A stretch of 64,000 bases of DNA from Anoxybacillus sp. Lineage in GTDB: Bacteria > Bacillota > Bacilli > Bacillales > Anoxybacillaceae. Below, piece after piece: positions 61,231 through 64,000 of the stretch (the first letter of the stretch is position 1; every line of letters starts with the position of its first letter). The position numbers and the translations under genes were made by a program. Under the pieces are notes generated by a model, which was given only the letters and a program-made list of their open reading frames with translations, searched no databases and was not told the origin of the DNA. The stretch spans positions 33,332 to 97,331 of the forward strand of contig DASQMX010000005.1 in the NCBI GenBank assembly GCA_035645275.1. The letters run 5' to 3'.

Positions 61231-62496
61231 TTAAGAAGTTTCTGAAATAGCTTGAGCCATTTTTTCTGATAACTCATGCTGTTTGTCATTTTTGTTTCTA
61301 AAATGATCGGGTTCAATTAGCAGTGAAACGATTACACCACCGATAAGCGCCCAAAATGGTGAGCTGATATTAAAGAAACTAACACCGGACATACCAGTCA
61401 CTAAAGCGAAAAACGCACCGATTTGAAACTTAATATCTGAAAAAGCAGCCTGAAGTGAGTTAACTAAAACACTGATCATCGCAAGTCCTGCAATGGTACC
61501 AACGAGTACTGATGGGAGCGCAGTAACAAACGGTACGACAATACCGGCAAGCAATCCAAACAAACTAAACAAGATACCGTTTACCACAACAGCTGCATAG
61601 CGTCCGTCCTTATTTTTACCAGCTTCATCTGATGCACAGATTGCAGTCATCGGACCTGCAATATTTGCGTTATGCCCACCAAAGAAAGAGGTCACTATTC
61701 CACCGATTCCGCTTAATATAGTCATAATATTGACTGGCGGCTTATAGCCTTGAGCCATTAATACTCCGGTTGCTTGGGCATTTTCAGCACCAATAACTAG
61801 CAGAGCAAGAGGAAGGGAAACGGATATAATCGCATCAAGGCTGAATGAAGGTATAATAATATGTGGGATAATAAAGCTACTTTCTGTATCTTGAAATTGG
61901 AATTGATTCATAATGACTACTAGTATGACAGAGGCAAAGAAAGAGGTTAAAATAGGTGGAATGACTTTAATAAACCGCACCGAAAACAGGTAAACAAGTA
62001 CTGCTGTGCCTGCAATAAACGGAGCTTGCTCAATTGACGTAATCATCCCCGTTCCGAACCGGATCATTGCACCGACAATCATGCCCATTACGATCGGAAC
62101 TGGTATCCAGTTCATAATTCTTCCGATTGTTTTGGTAATACCGAGTATAAAAACAATGACACCAGCCATAAAATAAGCACCTGCAATTTCATTCAGCGAA
62201 AATTGTGTCAATGCCCCCGCAACAAGTACTGCACCTGGAATGGAGTAAGCTCCTGCAATCGGCTGACGGTATTTTAAAGCCAAATAAATCCCCAACAATC
62301 CGCCGAAGAAATAAACTGCGAAAAGCCACGAGATGGTCTGCTCATGTGTCAGTCCACCATCTGCAGCCCCACCGATAATAATAAGAGCAGGACCAGTACA
62401 TCCAAAAATGGCAGCAATTGTCCCCGTACTAATCGTATTGATGTTTAAATATTTAGGAAACTCCTTTAATCCAGTTGTGATTTTATTAATACCCAA
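61231..62496 (-). CDS. BenE-family aromatic acid:H+ symporter, probably furoate uptake
   Basis: YRQPIAGAYSIPGA, NAQATGVL..QGYKPP, GGHNANIAGPMTAIC; AAGGAGG RBS before TTG 62496. Confidence 0.85.
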   Translation of the reverse strand: MGINKITTGLKEFPKYLNINTISTGTIAAIFGCTGPALIIIGGAADGGLTHEQTISWLFAVYFFGGLLGIYLALKYRQPIAGAYSIPGAVLVAGALTQFSLNEIAGAYFMAGVIVFILGITKTIGRIMNWIPVPIVMGMIVGAMIRFGTGMITSIEQAPFIAGTAVLVYLFSVRFIKVIPPILTSFFASVILVVIMNQFQFQDTESSFIIPHIIIPSFSLDAIISVSLPLALLVIGAENAQATGVLMAQGYKPPVNIMTILSGIGGIVTSFFGGHNANIAGPMTAICASDEAGKNKDGRYAAVVVNGILFSLFGLLAGIVVPFVTALPSVLVGTIAGLAMISVLVNSLQAAFSDIKFQIGAFFALVTGMSGVSFFNISSPFWALIGGVIVSLLIEPDHFRNKNDKQHELSEKMAQAISETS

Positions 62497-62604
62497 ATTA
62501 TTCCCTCCTTTTTTATTAAATAAGTTTTCAAGTAAATATAAATTTTTAAACGCTCCCACGACGACTGTCGTGGGAGCAGTGCTGTAATAAAAAATATGAT
62601 TATT

Positions 62605-63396
62605 TTATTTTCCTGTGAAATTTGGTTTTCTTTTTTCCACGAATGCTGCTACTCCTTCCTTAAAATCCTCCGTTGTACGGAGCAAACCATATGCTTTTCC
62701 TTCCATTTCAAGACCTGCACTAAGAGGCGTTTCATAGGCTGCATTCAGTACTTGTTTACATACTTTTAGTGCAAGTGGTGAAAACTTTATAAGTTCATCT
62801 ACAAGCGCATTGACTTCATTTTCAAGCTCTGCTTTTGGAACCACTTTTGTGATAAGCCCCCATTGATATGCTTCATCAGCTGGTATTCTTCTTGCTCTCA
62901 TAATCATGTCTTTCGCGCGGGTTAATCCAGCTATTTTTGCTATCCTCTGTGTTCCGCCACTTCCTGGAATCATACCAAGATTCATCTCTGGCAGCGCTAG
63001 GAGTGTATCATCAGCAGCGATACGAAAATCACAAGCCATCGCAATTTCAAGACCAACACCAAATGTATAACCCTGTAGTTGGGCGATCACTGGCTTTGGA
63101 GAGCGTTCTGGCGCCGCAACATTTACAGCAAGATGTGAAAGCTCTTCTTGATGTACTTCCATAAATTCTGGAATATTTCCTCCTGCACTAAATGCCTGAT
63201 CACCTTCTCCTTTAATAATGATGACACGAACATCATCATCTTTGTTTAAATAATCGAAAATTTCCGGAAATTGAGAACGTGCGAGCATACTGATATAGTT
63301 CATTTTTTCTGGACGGTCGAAAACAATAGTAGCCGTCTTTTTCTCCTGATTTTTTTCCACGCGAATGTGATCATATTGTTTTACTGCTTGCATCAT
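62605..63396 (-). CDS. hmfE: crotonase-family protein, probably 2-oxoglutaroyl-CoA hydrolase
   Basis: FSAGGNI, LA.NVAAPERSPKPVIA, GYTFGVGLEIAMACDFRIA, LPE..LG.IPGSGG; resembles HmfE as recalled; needs alignment. Confidence 0.65.
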   Translation of the reverse strand: MMQAVKQYDHIRVEKNQEKKTATIVFDRPEKMNYISMLARSQFPEIFDYLNKDDDVRVIIIKGEGDQAFSAGGNIPEFMEVHQEELSHLAVNVAAPERSPKPVIAQLQGYTFGVGLEIAMACDFRIAADDTLLALPEMNLGMIPGSGGTQRIAKIAGLTRAKDMIMRARRIPADEAYQWGLITKVVPKAELENEVNALVDELIKFSPLALKVCKQVLNAAYETPLSAGLEMEGKAYGLLRTTEDFKEGVAAFVEKRKPNFTGK

Positions 63397-63419
63397 TGGT
63401 TCCCCTTTCTTAATTAAAA

Positions 63420-64000
63420 TTAGTAAACTACTCTCTCATTATTTATATAAAGTTCAAATTCTCCTTTTCTTATATTTCGTCGGAGAATTTTTCCAACAGG
63501 GCTTTTTGGTACTTCTTTAATAAATACATATTTTCTCGGACGTTTAAATTTAGAAAGGTTTGTATTGTTTTTGCAATAATGGTCTAGCTCCTGGATTGTG
63601 AGCGATGGATCTTTCGGCACGACATAAGCGGATACAATTTGTCCCCAGCGATCATCTTCTTCGCCGATAACAGCTACTTCATGTACTTTTGGATGTTTCG
63701 CCAAAACATCTTCTACTTCAAGGGGATGAATATTTTCTCCACCGGAAATGATCATATCGTCTACACGTCCGACAACATATAAATCTCCATCCTCATCTAA
63801 CATGCCGAGGTCTCCTGTAAAATACCAGCCATCCCTAATCGACTTTTTTGTAGCATCTGGTCTATTCCAATAACCTTTGAAGCTTTCAGGGGATTGAATA
63901 TTTGCAATGATTTCACCTACCTCCCCTTTTTCAACAATATCTTCCGGTGTTGAATTACCATTAGGATCTGCTCTAACGATGCGAATATTTTGATGTAATC
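63420..64000 (-). CDS. hmfD: C-terminal part of an acyl-CoA ligase, probably 2-furoate-CoA ligase (runs off the right edge)
   Basis: FKGYWNRPDAT, GWYFTGDLG, GRVDDMIISGGENI, PKSPVGKILRR; frame open to the window end. Confidence 0.6.
   Translation of the reverse strand, partial: LHQNIRIVRADPNGNSTPEDIVEKGEVGEIIANIQSPESFKGYWNRPDATKKSIRDGWYFTGDLGMLDEDGDLYVVGRVDDMIISGGENIHPLEVEDVLAKHPKVHEVAVIGEEDDRWGQIVSAYVVPKDPSLTIQELDHYCKNNTNLSKFKRPRKYVFIKEVPKSPVGKILRRNIRKGEFELYINNERVVY

Noticed and set aside
61008-61316. 102-aa ORF after benE
   Set aside because: Overlaps the benE end, no RBS, composition of AT-rich intergenic DNA

Overview
Low-GC Firmicute chromosome segment, most consistent with a thermophilic Bacillaceae (Parageobacillus/Anoxybacillus-like; inferred from protein content, not computed). 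It is a catabolism-rich accessory region. From left to right: hemAT, a DMT transporter, a sirtuin plus fructosamine-kinase pair and sqhC; a complete reductive pyrimidine catabolism cluster (beta-ureidopropionase, preT/preA, dihydropyrimidinase, NCS1 permease, PucR-type regulator, MMSDH, class-III aminotransferase); a lactate permease; a decaying divergent sigma54 locus (gabT-ALDH leftward; activator remnant, agmatinase pseudogene, ALDH, NCS1, nitrilase and cyclase rightward); livJHMGF; acoRABC; a molybdoenzyme; a Zur-box-controlled flavoprotein plus FeoB-like GTPase/transporter pair; a SAM-I riboswitch with an NhaC-type transporter; a secreted nuclease; an amino acid permease; a spore GH18; a phosphoesterase; a MazG-like protein; and the end of a probable furoate (hmfD-hmfE-benE) catabolic operon. 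The most notable signals are four: (i) a 1.25-kb non-autonomous IS607-type tnpB element inserted inside the GTG start codon of the dihydropyrimidinase gene, with an intact-looking structured omega-RNA whose predicted guide is the host gene's first codons; (ii) the uncharacterised Zur-regulated flavoprotein/FeoB-like system; (iii) the furoate genes; (iv) two families of short dispersed mobile relics. No CRISPR array, rRNA or tRNA was seen.
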